A DNA stretch of 63,268 bases, the filler included, from Reticulomyxa filosa (Eukaryota > Protista > Foraminifera): the NCBI GenBank assembly GCA_000512085.1. It is 17 parts of 17 records of this genome, joined end to end, with 100 filler letters (N's around TTAATTAATTAA, not from the genome) between each part and the next. Parts side by side here need not be neighbours in the genome. Positions count along the whole stretch, not along the records: positions 38,108 to 39,868 come from ASPP01015002.1; positions 39,969 to 45,165 come from ASPP01021715.1; positions 45,266 to 56,727 come from ASPP01017525.1; 14 more parts are not named here. The stretch is one strand, 5' to 3'. The notes beneath the pieces are model-generated. The model did not search any database, was not told the origin of the DNA, and saw only the letters and a list, made by a program, of their open reading frames with translations. Positions 38,281 through 51,233 of the stretch are shown here, in pieces. Made by a program: the position numbers and the translations under genes. Positions within the stretch are counted from its first letter, which is position 1. Every line of letters starts with the position of its first letter.

Positions 38281-39776
38281 ACGGAGTTTTCAAATGGGAT
38301 ATGGTATGGAGTAGAGTTTGTGGATGGGACATTAGGGAAGCACAATGGGATGGTGAACAACAAGAGATACTTTACGGGGACCGACAATCGTTGCAAATTT
38401 GTGAAGCGGTCTCACATCCGAACAAAGTTGACAGTGCCACAATTGCCTCAATCGAAGCCAATGAAATCACCGAAAGTCAACCCAAACACAAATGGCGGCA
38501 ACATATCCGCGAGGAAGCAAATGAGTTTTTCCTTTCTGGAAATGAGTGACGGAGAGCCCAATGAGCACGATCACAATCTTCACCGTTCGTTTCTATGACT
38601 TTGGCATCTTCTTTGTCCTTCTCTTCGTGTGATCTCAATTCGGTCACAAATTTGTTACTGTTTTGAAAAACGTGACAGTTTTTTTTTTTAAAAAAAAAGC
38701 AAATAAATAAATATAAATATATATATATAAATATATATATATTTATATTTATTTATTTGGTTTTTTTTTTTTTTTTTTTGGCTTAAATATGTCGTATTTA
38801 AAAAAAATATGAAAAAATGGATTTAATTTTTTTTTTTTTTTAAAAAAAAAAAAAAACAACAAGAAAAGCAAAACAAACAAATGCACACATACAGCATATG
38901 CCCTGTCTCCAATGGAAAGGATGGCAAGTCCTCGAATGGAAGGGAAAAGTGACATGAGCAAATATCGCGAAAAGAAGAGAAGTACAGCTCCGACGACAAT
39001 GGGGATGAACGGTGGGGACTCAATGTTGCTATCGGGCCATGGGAAGAGTTCGTTGCGACGAAGTCACAGCATAACGTCAGACGGACACGATGGGATCGGA
39101 GTAGGGACAATGACAGAAGAGCAAGAGAAGAGTATGACAGCTCCTCCCCCTCCTCTTTCTTCGTCAAATGGCACAAATGCAACAATGATAATGGCTCGAT
39201 CGATGACGACTCCGAAAACGCCAGGGGGTATGCAGCGCATGTGGTCTTGCACTGACATCTATTCGGCCAACGACACGCTATCGTCGGTGAATCGCTTGCG
39301 AGCCGATCGCATATCAGGCACGGACAACAACAACAACAACAACAGCAACAATAGCAATAGCAATAACAACAACAACAGCAACAATAGCAATAGCAATAAC
39401 AATAACAACAGCAATAACAATAGCAATAACAATAACAATAACAATAACAACAACGGCAACGACGTGGAAGCACAAGCGCATCTCCACTCGGAACAGCGAC
39501 GCAAGCAGCGACTCGAGTCCTTGGAAAAACGTGCGCGCATGAAAGAGCTGAACAAAAAGAATGCAAAGCAGTTCAAAGAGCAACGCAAAGAATACAAAAA
39601 CAAACGAAAGCAGGAAAAAAGTGAGACCCATAAAAGCAGACACTCCAAAAAGTCGCGCAACAGTAACAATAATGGCAATAACAATAGCAACAATGCCAAT
39701 GCTCGCATCAACTCGTCCAATGCAAAGCGAGCCCATTCCGTCACCGAAATAATTAGCGGTTTTTATTACGAAGAAG
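38281..39776 (+). CDS. CAP-Gly domain protein with poly-Asn tract, internal exons only
   Basis: The exon from 38281 reads TEFSNGIWYGVEFVDGTLGKHNGMVNNKRYF...FVKRSHI (CAP-Gly). A phase-1 intron at 38585-38894 joins it in frame to ORF 38912..39808. Confidence 0.85.
39326..39460 (+). repeat. Coding (AAC/AAT/AGC)n trinucleotide repeat, poly-Asn/Ser
   Basis: Directly visible tandem triplets. Confidence 0.9.
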
Positions 39777-40366
39777 GTTTGCATACCTCACATACGATAT
39801 ATACATAAATGTATATGTATATGTATACTTTGCATCATTTATGTGATTTTTTTTTTTTTTTTGTAAAANNNNNNNNNNNNNNNNNNNNNNNNNNNNNNNN
39901 NNNNNNNNNNNNTTAATTAATTAANNNNNNNNNNNNNNNNNNNNNNNNNNNNNNNNNNNNNNNNNNNNCGTCCACGTAGTTTTTTTTATTCTTTTCTTCC
40001 GCCGGTGGTTCTGTATGACTTTCCCCCCCCCCCCCCCATTTAAAACCCACATATACACCCGTTTCATGCACCATCGTAGTATTTGGTTGCACAACAAAAC
40101 AAACAAATTAAATTCGGCGCTGATGAAGGCTATTTTGCTTTTTTTTTTTTTGTGCATGTATGTTAGTGAACACTTTCCTGAGCAACCGCAAAAAAAGTTT
40201 CATTTATGTTTAAATTTAAAAAAAAAAAAAAAAAGTTTCAATGTGATCAGAGTCTTAAAAAAAAATTTTTTTTTTTTGGCTTTTTTTTTTCAAAAAATTT
40301 ATGTGTCACCAAGACTATATGTGCAAGAGATGTATATCGATTATATTATGATAGGGTGTGTAGTGA

Positions 40367-40621
40367 TTAACGCAAAGTATTGTTCTCATGTACACCGTTG
40401 ACATTCTTCTTGGCTTCACGCTGTGCACAAGCAGGACAAAGATCGTATCCATATTTATGATTGGGGGTCTCATTCGAAATACCGCAATGGTAGATGTGCT
40501 CGCTATTTTCTAGCGTTTTTTCACATCCGTCACATCCTGCCATGTTCATTGATGTGTTTTGATATGCCTCCTTCACTGTTGTGTATTTCAATGTTTTATC
40601 ACAGCCACGAACAGGACAGCG
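40367..40621 (-). CDS. Exon encoding a ZZ-like zinc finger
   Basis: RCPVRGCDK...CDGC...IYHC...H.YGYDLCPAC follows an AG acceptor at 40622-40623. A possible first exon MLSDQ|GTAAGC starts at 40914. Confidence 0.65.
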   Translation of the reverse strand, partial: RCPVRGCDKTLKYTTVKEAYQNTSMNMAGCDGCEKTLENSEHIYHCGISNETPNHKYGYDLCPACAQREAKKNVNGVHENNTLR

Positions 40622-42100
40622 CTTTTTTTTTTTTTTGAAAAAAAAAAACGTGTTTATTTTTTTGTCGGTTGACTAAAAAAAAATTTTCTAGATTTCCAAA
40701 CGTATACGTATTGTAAAACACATCTGCAAAGTTTTCTTAACAACATAGAACGGGTGCTGCTATTTAGTTTGTTTGGGATAAAAGATGAAAACATTCACAT
40801 CGTTGCACACGGCGATTGTTCAACCAATAGCAACAGTCGTCAAACAAAAATTTCTTTTTCTTTTGAAAGGACGAGACTTACAAAAAATGGTAGGCTTACC
40901 TGATCGGACAACATTTTTGAACTAACAGCAAAGCAATTGCAAAAAGATACTGTTAAAATAATTTCGTTTACTGGCACAAAAATGTTCTCTTCTACCCCTG
41001 GTGAAAAGTCGTTTTTTCTCCTGAAATTTGCAGTAAACTTTTTTCAGCCAAAAAGAGCATTACAGAGGTAACAGAAAAGCTTTTACATTGAAAACAATAA
41101 TCAATTCACTCTAACCCTGAAAAAAAGCGTATTCTGTTTAATTAACTAACACTTTTTCCTTCAAAGAAATATTTTACATAGAAAACAATATCGGATAAAC
41201 AAAAACAAAATTATTGTATAGTGTTCACTTTCAGCAAACGCTTGGCGCTTTTGAACAAAAGTCAATAGTTTGTTGTACGTCCCCTGCAATACTACGGTGT
41301 GAAAACCCAAATATGCGCTATTCTTGCAGAATAGCGACAATCCTTCTTCAAAAATCCTCGTTGCGTTTATCAATTTTGCTCTTCTCCTGCCAAAGCTCGA
41401 TCAACAGACAGGTTTGAAAACTGCTGCACTGTCAAAGTGTTAGCGTTTTTGCAACAGGCAAAGCGTGTGCAAAAACTCTTCAATGCAAAAGAAGTAAAAC
41501 ATTTTTGTACGTCAAAACGACAAGAAAGTGCGAATTTGTTAGTATTCTCCTCATAGGAAGGGGAACCTAAAAAATTTTGTTGAAGAAACTTGATTCAAGC
41601 AAAAAAAAAACAGTTCAAGTTTTTGTGCTCCTCAAAAATGATGATGCTACGCACAACAGCGCGGTGAGCGCTTAGCAAATACTACATTCTGAAACGTATA
41701 TTATCTGTTGAAGTTGACGTTTCACTCTGTGTTAAGGACAGTATTATACAAATATTTGCAAGCCTTGTTGAATTGCAGGGGTATTGACTAACCTTTCAGG
41801 GGTACACAGTGAAACTCTAATTTTGAACCTGCCACATAACGCAAGTCACTTTAATATAAATATTGCAGCTGCTCTTGGCTGAAAGAAATTGAATATAAAA
41901 AAATCTTTACGCAGACCTTTGACAATAATCTGCTGAAACAACAGAACAACTAATAAAGATTTCATAGAAATAATGTATTGACAAATATCAATAACAACTT
42001 TGTTTTGTTTTTAAGCAAGTTTTTACACCGTCGTTCATAGTTAGTTTTAAAAAAAACTGATTTTTTTGGAAGGACCTATATTTATTAAAAAAAGAAAATC

Positions 42101-42470
42101 ATGGCACAAAAAGTTGGTGGTTTGAGCTCTCCTCCAGCTGAAGCCAATATCCAATCAATCGCAGATGCTGTTCGAGATGACGTTGCTACACAGCTAAAAG
42201 CAAAAAAAAAGATCGATTCAATACAACAGTACAAAGCGCTTGCAGCTAAAACTCAAGTTATATCCATAAAGCATTACCCTTTTCCTCAAGACAAATGAAT
42301 AAATAAATAAACAGGTTGTGAACGGAATCAATTGGTTTATAGCAATAAAAGCAGACAATCAAGTTGTTCATGCACGTATATACTGGGACAGACGAACCTA
42401 TAAGTTGCAAGGATTGCTTTTTGACAAGTCAGAAACTGATGAAATTAGTTACTTTAACACTAATTTGTGA
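42101..42470 (+). CDS. Stefin (type 1 cystatin) cysteine protease inhibitor, two exons
   Basis: Exons 42101-42256 and 42315-42470 give MAQKVGGLS...KTQ|VVNGINWFIAIK...VHARIY...DKSETDEISYF, with the N-terminal GG, the QxVxG loop and the stefin C-terminal DExxYF. Confidence 0.9.
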
Positions 42471-44398
42471 TTTTGTTTTCGGCAATCTAGCCTATCCTAT
42501 GTCTTTTAGAAAAACGTTTATCCCTTCTTTCGGGATAGTGTTAGTGTAGTGTTGTCCGTTGAACCTTTTTGATAAACAAAAAAGTTGAACTTAACACTTA
42601 AGTTGAGAATTAGACGCATTTTAAGCAACTTTTCCAACTAATAATTTTCGTAGGATATATTTGATTCAAATGACGCTGATACCTACTTTTTATATTTTAT
42701 ATTAAACGGTCAATACAAAGGAATTACTAATGAAAAACTCATTCAGCCAATTTTTTAAAATAAAGATCAATCTATGATAATTTTACTTTTTTTGGTAGAT
42801 AACTTTAATGACAAAGAGTATTTGAAGCGATATAATATTAAACTTAGTTCTTTTGTTCACTTCCACGGATAGAAAATTATCATAATTTTTCCAACTACTC
42901 AAACGATTATCATGTTATTTCTTTCGTTTTATTTTGGCTTCCATATGTACATTGTCAACACTTTTGCTTGATTGTCTGTTTTCGAATTTTTCTTTTCTGT
43001 GGAGGATTTCTTCCAACAACGCCACTTTGCTCATGTACACTATTTTACAATTTGAAGAATATTGTTCATGTTTCTTCGATTCAATGTTCATATTGCATTT
43101 ATTATGAAATATGAACAAGTGCTATTTCTTCGAGTTCAATCAAAATTACGTATAATTGTTATACATTTAAATAACAACATGGACTTAGCAGCACAATTTC
43201 AACAAAAAAAAGAAATAAACGATTTAAATATTTTTTTATGTCTTCTCGAAACAGATATTGTATTATGCACTAACAAAAATTTTTAAATTGTATTTTACTT
43301 ATTGTATGAATTACATTACCATATTGTCTTCAATTTTTTGTGGAACGTATCCATTTTAAAAAACTCAAATCGAATATATTTTTTCATTTAATGAATAAAG
43401 ATTATATTTATAAAAATGATTCTTCACAAGTTTTTTCAATTATGATGTGCATAGATATCAGAAACATCAGCACCATTGATCAAAAACATGATGAATATTA
43501 TAAATAGTTAGAGTTATAATAAACCAAGATTATCTTAATAAATTTTTTTAAAAATTCTAAACTTATTAATCATCTTTATATTTTATTAAAAAACTACTCT
43601 TGCATGGAACAACAAATCAAGTAGACAAACCGTGCCAGAATTTCTTTGTTAAGATTTATTATAACTATAAACATATTAAACAATATATTTTTTCTTGTTA
43701 TTGCAAAAAGGAAAGTTTTATGACCATATGGACTTGTGATCACGTCAATCGGCAAACAAATCCATAACGCGCCCTAAAAAAATTTGAGAATTCGATTGCT
43801 TTATTTGTGTCAATAACCATTTATATCTCTACAATTGTTTGATCTTATTTGCATGATAACTTTGCAGTAGTTTTGTTTTGCAGAAATCTTGCTTATACGT
43901 AAGAAGAGTGTCACCGGAAACTTTATGAACATTTTTTTTGCTTTATTATGCCGTATTGCTGTTAAATTATAGCGCTTTCTGCGTTTTGTCTTCTTCTTTG
44001 CTACTGATTTTTAAAATGCATTTATTGCAAAAAGCAATTTTATGTAACTTGGGACCAAAAAAACAAAGATTTTGTTGAAACGGACTATAGAAATGATACA
44101 TATATACCTATTTTTGTACGTAATACAGTTAGTGCTGTACAACGAACATAGACAATAGCAGTAGTCTTCATTCATATTCACGATCACATATACTTTGATA
44201 AAAATAACCAAACATGTTTGCAGTATGATGTATCGAATAAATTTTTTGTGAAAATGTTCAAATTGTGAGCTTTTTCTGTACAGTCTGTAGGCTAAGAAAG
44301 CAATGGCAGAAAAATCAAGCTTATTCGTCACTTTTTCAGTAAAAAAGTCGACATAAAAAAAAGAGCGTTGCGTTTTAAGTTTGAAAATTAAGGTGATC

Positions 44399-45165
44399 AT
44401 GTGGACACTAATTTATTTTTTTTTGCTAGCAGTTGCTGCCCAAGATGACCTCCCATGTGATTATGTGGTCTTTCAAGGGTGAGAAATATGACACAAATTC
44501 TTTTCAGGGTGTTTAACACCACAATCCCTCGTGTGCAAATATAACATATACACGCAAAAAAAAAAGATTGGCATACGCAACGGATCGATGTAATTCGTAT
44601 TATCAGCGAACAGGTGATACTTATTTAATGCATTCATACATATTTAGGTGCCGCTCAGATGGCTCTGGTGTATGGTTAGCGCGGTATTCAACTTGGAATT
44701 GTATGGGATCACCGTACTTCTACAAGTTTCGGCTCGCCTTTTGAAGGAAAAATAAACAAACATAAAATCAGAGCAAAAAACAAACAAACTGACAACAACA
44801 ATTTTAGTGGCAATGTGTCAGACGCCGGAGATTTCTATTGCCATGGATCGACGTCTTGTCAGGTGTCAGTAACTGGATACATATTGGACCAACCCTGCGG
44901 AACGAGTTACACGGATTCGTATTGGTATGCAGTCTATGTACAAGACCTGTGTGCTTATGATTCTAAGTCGAGACGTTTTTTTTTTTTTTTTTTTTTATAA
45001 AATTCAAAACTTAAAACAAGTAACAAAGGAAGGTTGTAACAAAAAACCATTTGTGCATATATCTATATGTGTATATATAATAGGTATCCGATGAATCATT
45101 AATAACCTGTACAGACAATAGTTCGATCACCTTTGATGAGTTTCGCAAAAAAAAAAAAAAAAAAA
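44399..45165 (+). CDS. Secreted Cys/Tyr-rich protein, multi-exon, 3' truncated
   Basis: Signal peptide MWTLIYFFLLAVAA. The intron at 44479-44566 joins PCDYVVFQ/GLAYATDRCNSYY in frame, and further Cys-containing exons follow at 44567-44725 and about 44808-44966. Confidence 0.7.
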
Positions 45166-46784
45166 NNNNNNNNNNNNNNNNNNNNNNNNNNNNNNNNNNN
45201 NNNNNNNNNTTAATTAATTAANNNNNNNNNNNNNNNNNNNNNNNNNNNNNNNNNNNNNNNNNNNNCTTGCTGAACGGCTTTCTTGTTATCACCACGCTCA
45301 GTAAAAGACCCTTTCTTTTAACCTCGCGTGCCTCAAAATTGTGGAAGATATATGCTGAACCGACGACGATATCCATCCTGCCCAGATAAATTGCGACAAA
45401 TATGTTGCCAAAAGGGACAAAAAAATTGAAGACGCACTAATTACAATATCTCAAAAATTCAATTACTATAAAAATCTTTATATCACTATAAAAAAATTTT
45501 CACTAGTTGAAAATTCTTCGGATTTTGTTCACCAATATCTGTTTGTTTGAGAAACTTTCTGATTTCTTCATTATCTTTCGATATCTTTCGAAATATCTAG
45601 ATGCCACGGCTTTGCTCTCAAGATTTTGCTAATCTTTCATAATGATCATCGATGATTATATAAATTTTTTTTTGAGAAAATGATGTTCCTGAGATTTATT
45701 GGATCAAATGGCATTTTGGAATTCCTGTAAACGAACTAGCAGATGCTGGTGCAAATAGCAAGATTCCAAGCAGATTTTGATCAACCTGAATTGTTCGAAG
45801 ACAGACTCGAACATCTCCTTTACTGAATTTCCATATATTAAATCTATTTTCACTGAAGAATGTAATTGATATTGAATTTATGAATGGAACCGCACAAACA
45901 TCCCAAGCAATGCTTATGTAATTTGATTCAAAAAGATTTTATTGCATCGACGATGCATGAGCGCAGACTTGTGTGCCGAATCATTACAGTTCTTTCCTGT
46001 TCAAGATTAAAACTGTTTCATTCAATTTGAAACTTTTTGAAGATTTTTTAACAGTTTTTTATTTTGTGGACGAATTGTAATTATGTGTATGTTTTTCTTT
46101 TATATTTGTGACGACCTGATAAGAAGCTGTCAATCCGCCAATATACATTCTATCTAATTTAAATTCATGTCTCATTTTATATCTCAATCTATTTCTCTAA
46201 ACACTATCACACGCTGAATATATACAATAATACTGCATAAATTTCTATTTTTTTCCTGTCAAATAAAGAAACAGTAAAAATTTATTTAAGAGCGTACATT
46301 TGCTTTATCTTTCAGTATTTCAAATTCAGTTATCATTTTGAATTATTGTATCGTAAAACGATATTATTCTTTAATTTAATAAGATACGTGCGCTCTACGG
46401 CTGAGACATCTTAAAATATAAGTAATTTTAGAAAATATGTCCACTAAATTGATTAAGTTTGGTGTATGCACTTTTTTTGAATGAATCTAAATAAATTTAT
46501 ATGAAATAATTGAGTATTCTAAAGTAATATTTTCCGCAATGTTCAAAATGTAACGATTTGTACTTATGCAAACGCAGCATACCAGACCCAATAAAAATTA
46601 AACATAGCATTTGTCACATTTTTTGGCAAATGTAGAAACTTCGTACTTGCTCTTTCTTGCAATAAATAAATTGCTGCAAGATAATGTAGTGCGTGACCTC
46701 AAATTCACAATTGATAAGAGGAAAAAATTCCGTGTTTGTGCATTGATTGAAAAAGAAGAGCTATCTTCTGCTACGTTTTTGTTG

Positions 46785-49700
46785 TCACATTTTTTCATTG
46801 TTCAACGGACACCAACTCCGTCTCCCTCGCAATTTATCCAAAGAGTACAGTGTTGGTGGATTTTGTTCGCGTTCGACTAATGATGGAGAATTTTGAAATT
46901 TAAGGGTGATCGGTCTTTGTTTAGTTGCCAGTAGCATGCAGATATGAGTGAATGATTTATTTGTCACGTTTATACCATCAATATTTGTGACCTGAGCATG
47001 TTCCTGTATTCTGTTATCTGCACAATACTTCACATATGCATTCATCCCGTTATCACCCGAGTATATGCGTAGTCCAATTTCAGCTTCACAAAATTCGACA
47101 TGAACTTCGCTCTATTTCAATGGACAAGTTCATCTTCCAAATAAAGGAATAAGCAAACAGACAAAAAATAAGCTCACAGAGTACTGTAAATCGGGTTGAT
47201 CAGGGCAAACGCTGCTACTATTATTTTCCTTACTTGAGCTGGTGTCAGAGTGATTTTCGTTGGTTTGTTTTGCAGTTAGTCTTTGATTTTGTATGTTTGC
47301 ATATAATTCTGTCAATGGCAGTCTTTCAACAAGTTTGGTTGGATAAGTCACTTCTCGTTTTTGTGGAGTGTTGCCACATTTCTGATAAGTCTATTTTTAA
47401 TAGAATTTCTTGCAAACATTTTCTGTCAGAAAAAATAAAAGTGCGCTCAAAAAAATTTTCTTAAGACATTCAACCCTAAACAAACCTGTAGCTCAAAGGA
47501 AGATACACGCTTCAATGCACAATTCAAGTGCGTAGTGACTTTGTCACCATTTTGTTTTATTGACTCTTGGAATTTGTGCAACCAGTTTTGATGTGAAGAT
47601 AAGTCATTACTATGTCCGTTGAGATCTTTGTTTGCTAAACACAATTTGTTTCCTAATATTTCCTGAGCTGATACAAGAGATGTGCAATTGTTTGCATGAT
47701 CATCGGCAAACCTCGTGACTTCGTCGATTTCTGTCAAAAAAATCACAACGCAAGTTTTTTGGTGCAAACACAGACCCTTTTGGACACACCAGTATTCAGG
47801 TTGGTTAATGCACTCTGCAGGGATTTTCCAATTTCATTTGATTGCACATTCTCACATTCTATCCACTCTGACATGCAACTTGGTATTCCGATCTTAATCA
47901 GCGCACTCTGATCTCTCTCAGCTGCTTGCAGAACTTCCATAAGCTTTGTCCGACTTTGGTCACGTGTTCTACGCATTCATTCCAGTCTTTATCAAGTTTT
48001 TCTTTTATTCCCATTGACATTTGGGTCAGTTCATTGCCATGTTCGCTTATTACTTTTTTTTTAAACGAATAGTTTAGTTTAGTCATATAATGGGTATGCC
48101 TCCAAAATTTTTTTCACAAAAATTGAAAGTTTTTTTAACAGTTTTCTAAATATTTAGTATTTTCCTTGAATTGACTGGCATCTGCTTTCCACGTGTTATC
48201 AAGAAGTTCACCAATCATTTGCAAAAGTTGCTGCTGCTTTTTGTTGGTATTGTTGTGGTAGTTTTCTTTCCATTCGTTGATATATTCAATTTGAAGCCTT
48301 TTTTGGGCGTGGACTTGTTCTTGTACTGCATCCATTCCAGCATTTAAGTTCTTTGCTATTTGCTTGCACAAGTTGTCATGACTCTCCGAGCAGTCGTGCA
48401 TTGTGTTTGAAAAGGTGGCAAGCTATTGATATTTCAATCTTGTTTTTTTTTAACAATTGAATAGAAAAAAAGACTTTATTACAATTGAATAGAAAAAAAG
48501 ACTTTATTTATATACTTGTGTTTGAATTTCTGTCATTTGCTGAGAGATCTTGCTAAATAATTGTGGCATAATTTTCAATTTCATTTTCTCCGAGTTTTCC
48601 AAATGTTGGAACTTGATCTTTCCAATCAACTTTTCTACGCTGCCCAAGTTCTTCAAGTGGTAATTTTGCATCCATTCGTCGGTAGTACCCGACAATTTTT
48701 TTAGGGGTGTCATTACGTTTTTGTCACAAATGATAGCCATAGAATCAGTTGCATCTTTCAAGGCCTTTTCCACACACAAAAAGAGGTACTTATGTTACAA
48801 ATGGTTGAAAGATAACTGAGCGGCATATATACATTTTAAAAAATATCAAACTTGACATTGGGTTTGCAACTTATCAATGGATGCCGACATATCCTTAATG
48901 TAGTCATTTTGCACTGAATTAAACTCATCCAGTTGTTGTTTGGTTTGATTCCAGAAAATTGCCAGCTGATTTTTTCCTCCGCTCAATTGTTCAACGTTTT
49001 GATTTTCCAACTGCTTTTGTTGATCTGTGTTGGAAACAGCATGCAAATAAGCAGAAAGAAGATAGAAAAGTAAAAAGAAAAAGGTGCAATAACCCATTTT
49101 TTCCAACAACAATGCCCGATCATGTAAAGTGCTTTCCAATACTTTCTTCAAATCTTCTGCTTGACTTCTCAACTCTTTTTCTGTATTTTCATACGCCCCA
49201 ATTACCAACTTGTGACATTCCAGCTCTTCTCTTACCTCGTTTAGTGTTTTGGTCAGTTCTTGTAATTCCGTCTGTGCTCGTCAAACAACAAAGAACAGTT
49301 AAAAAAGTTTTGTGTTGTTTGTATTTGCACGTCTTTGATATTTTCCTAAGCAAAACTTGGAGTTGACTTTTAGCTATTTGCAATTGACCAAGTTCAGATG
49401 TTTGCTTTTGGAATAGCGACGTAATTCGGAGTACTTCTTTTTTTTCATGGTCAATCATTGTGGTCAATTTGTCAATCTCTATTTTTTGTGTATTGATCGT
49501 CAGCTCCATGCTTTGGAATTGGTCTGCAGGTAAAATTATGCCTTTTTCATTTCGCAGTGCTTCAATTTGTTTTTTGTAATTGTTGACAGTGATTTGCAGC
49601 TCTTTCACATAAGATTTTTGTGTCATCGACGCATTTATTTCAGGTTTGTTTTGAATATTTTTTGCACGTAAAGCATAATCCAATGTCGACAAGCTTTCAT

Positions 49701-51233
49701 CCAGGGAGCTCTCAGGAGATATCGTTGCTATTAACAAACTTTTTTATAATGATGTGTTGTTTCTCTTTTAAGAAAAACACAGAAAACAAAATGTTCGACA
49801 AAACGTTTTATTTCTCCCTCCCAAACTTTCTTGTAGCAACCGAGTTAATTTGGATTCACTTTGTTTCAATATAAAACACGTATACACTTATTCTAAATTT
49901 GAGTGTAAATATCGATCAAAAAAAGCATATGTTTTTTCGCTGTTTTATGATTTTTTACCGGTATGGAACATGTTTTTGACGATCAACCAAAGCTGAAATG
50001 ACTCTTCCCAAAGTCAACAAACTTGTGTTGATATGGCCAGCTTCAATTGCTCTTTGGTCGATGGCTCCGCTTCTGCCAACAGACTCCGAACCTGCCAAAT
50101 CTACTAAATTTAATGTTCCCGTTTTGACCAAATCTTCTGTTTCTAAAGTTTCTCTGGTTCGAATTACAACCGTAAAAATGCAATGACTTCGCGAAGATCG
50201 CTCATTCAAATAGGTGGATGCCACACATCTCCGTTGAGAGCTGTATTTTAGTTTTTTGTTATGCATTTGACAAAAATATAATTACGTATATGCATAATCA
50301 TACCTTTTTGATAAAATATTGTAAATGTCTTGTGGAGATTTGACGATAATTTCTTCCAGACCTCGTACGTATAGACCACATGTATTCTTTCTAGAAGAAT
50401 TTTTCGTTGAGTCATTTTTTAATAAAATCAATTTTTTTGCACTTTCTTCTGTTGACAGTAAGTCTCGCAATTCTTCATTGTAAATTTCCAAATGGCTCAC
50501 AGAAACACTGGATTCCATTTTCTTAGCTCTTAAACTCTCAAATATCAATTCAATTGCTCTCGGAATTATTCCATCATTTTCATTGCCATGTATGGGACAG
50601 CTACCATTCTCTGTCTGTGATTATTGACGGATTTGTCTCTTGCATGTTGTTCTTTTCAAAAGAGTATTAAGGAGAGAGAAATGTATTTGCAATGTATTAT
50701 GCAAAAAAATAAAAGCCAAACTACAAAAAATCGGTCTCCCTCCATTGTATACGTTTTACCACTTCCGGTTTGCCCATATGCAAACACAGTGCAATTATAA
50801 CCACTCAAAACATCACAAATGATAGGCTTGATTGCTGATTCAAACAACGTCTCTTGTTTTGTATCGATGTCAAAGACCATATCAAAACTATATAATCGAT
50901 GACTCTCTCGGCCACGCATCTTTGGCACAATTATTCCGATCTGGCTCTTACGACTGTTGCACACAATTTCACTCAGTGCTTTTTCGTTCTTCAATAAAGG
51001 TCTATTTCCGTTCCGTTGTATTTGTACTCTCTTTTACACTGACCGTAATTTTTTATAAATCGTAAACGCAAGAGCAAAGTCTCACACTTTACACACCGAC
51101 AACGGACAGCAACCTTAATGTTACAAGTCTTGGAAGTGCGCAATTTTATTTTACCTTTTGATTTACTGGGAGAAGAGGAATCGGAATTGTCATCAATAGT
51201 TTGCTCATTTTCCAGTAGATTCGAGCACTCCAT
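46785..51233 (-). CDS. Kinesin-5 (BimC/Eg5 family), many introns, with C-terminal PDZ-like domain
   Basis: Motor motifs [55 protein letters not shown]; neck [11 protein letters not shown]; long coiled coil; BimC-box-like [16 protein letters not shown] at about 47331-47378. The exact 3' end is uncertain. Confidence 0.93.
48453..48508 (+). repeat. Perfect 28-bp tandem duplication within a kinesin intron
   Basis: ACAATTGAATAGAAAAAAAGACTTTATT occurs at 48453-48480 and again at 48481-48508. Confidence 0.9.

Noticed and set aside
38823-39784. Minus-strand poly-Leu, Cys-Tyr-repeat and Val/Ile-rich ORFs
   Set aside because: They are antisense shadows of the AAC/AAT poly-Asn repeat of the + strand gene. 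The same applies to ORFs at 17663-18157 and 58666-59037.
45266-46100. Coding-like remnant on the minus strand
   Set aside because: It has many stops and no motif I can assign.
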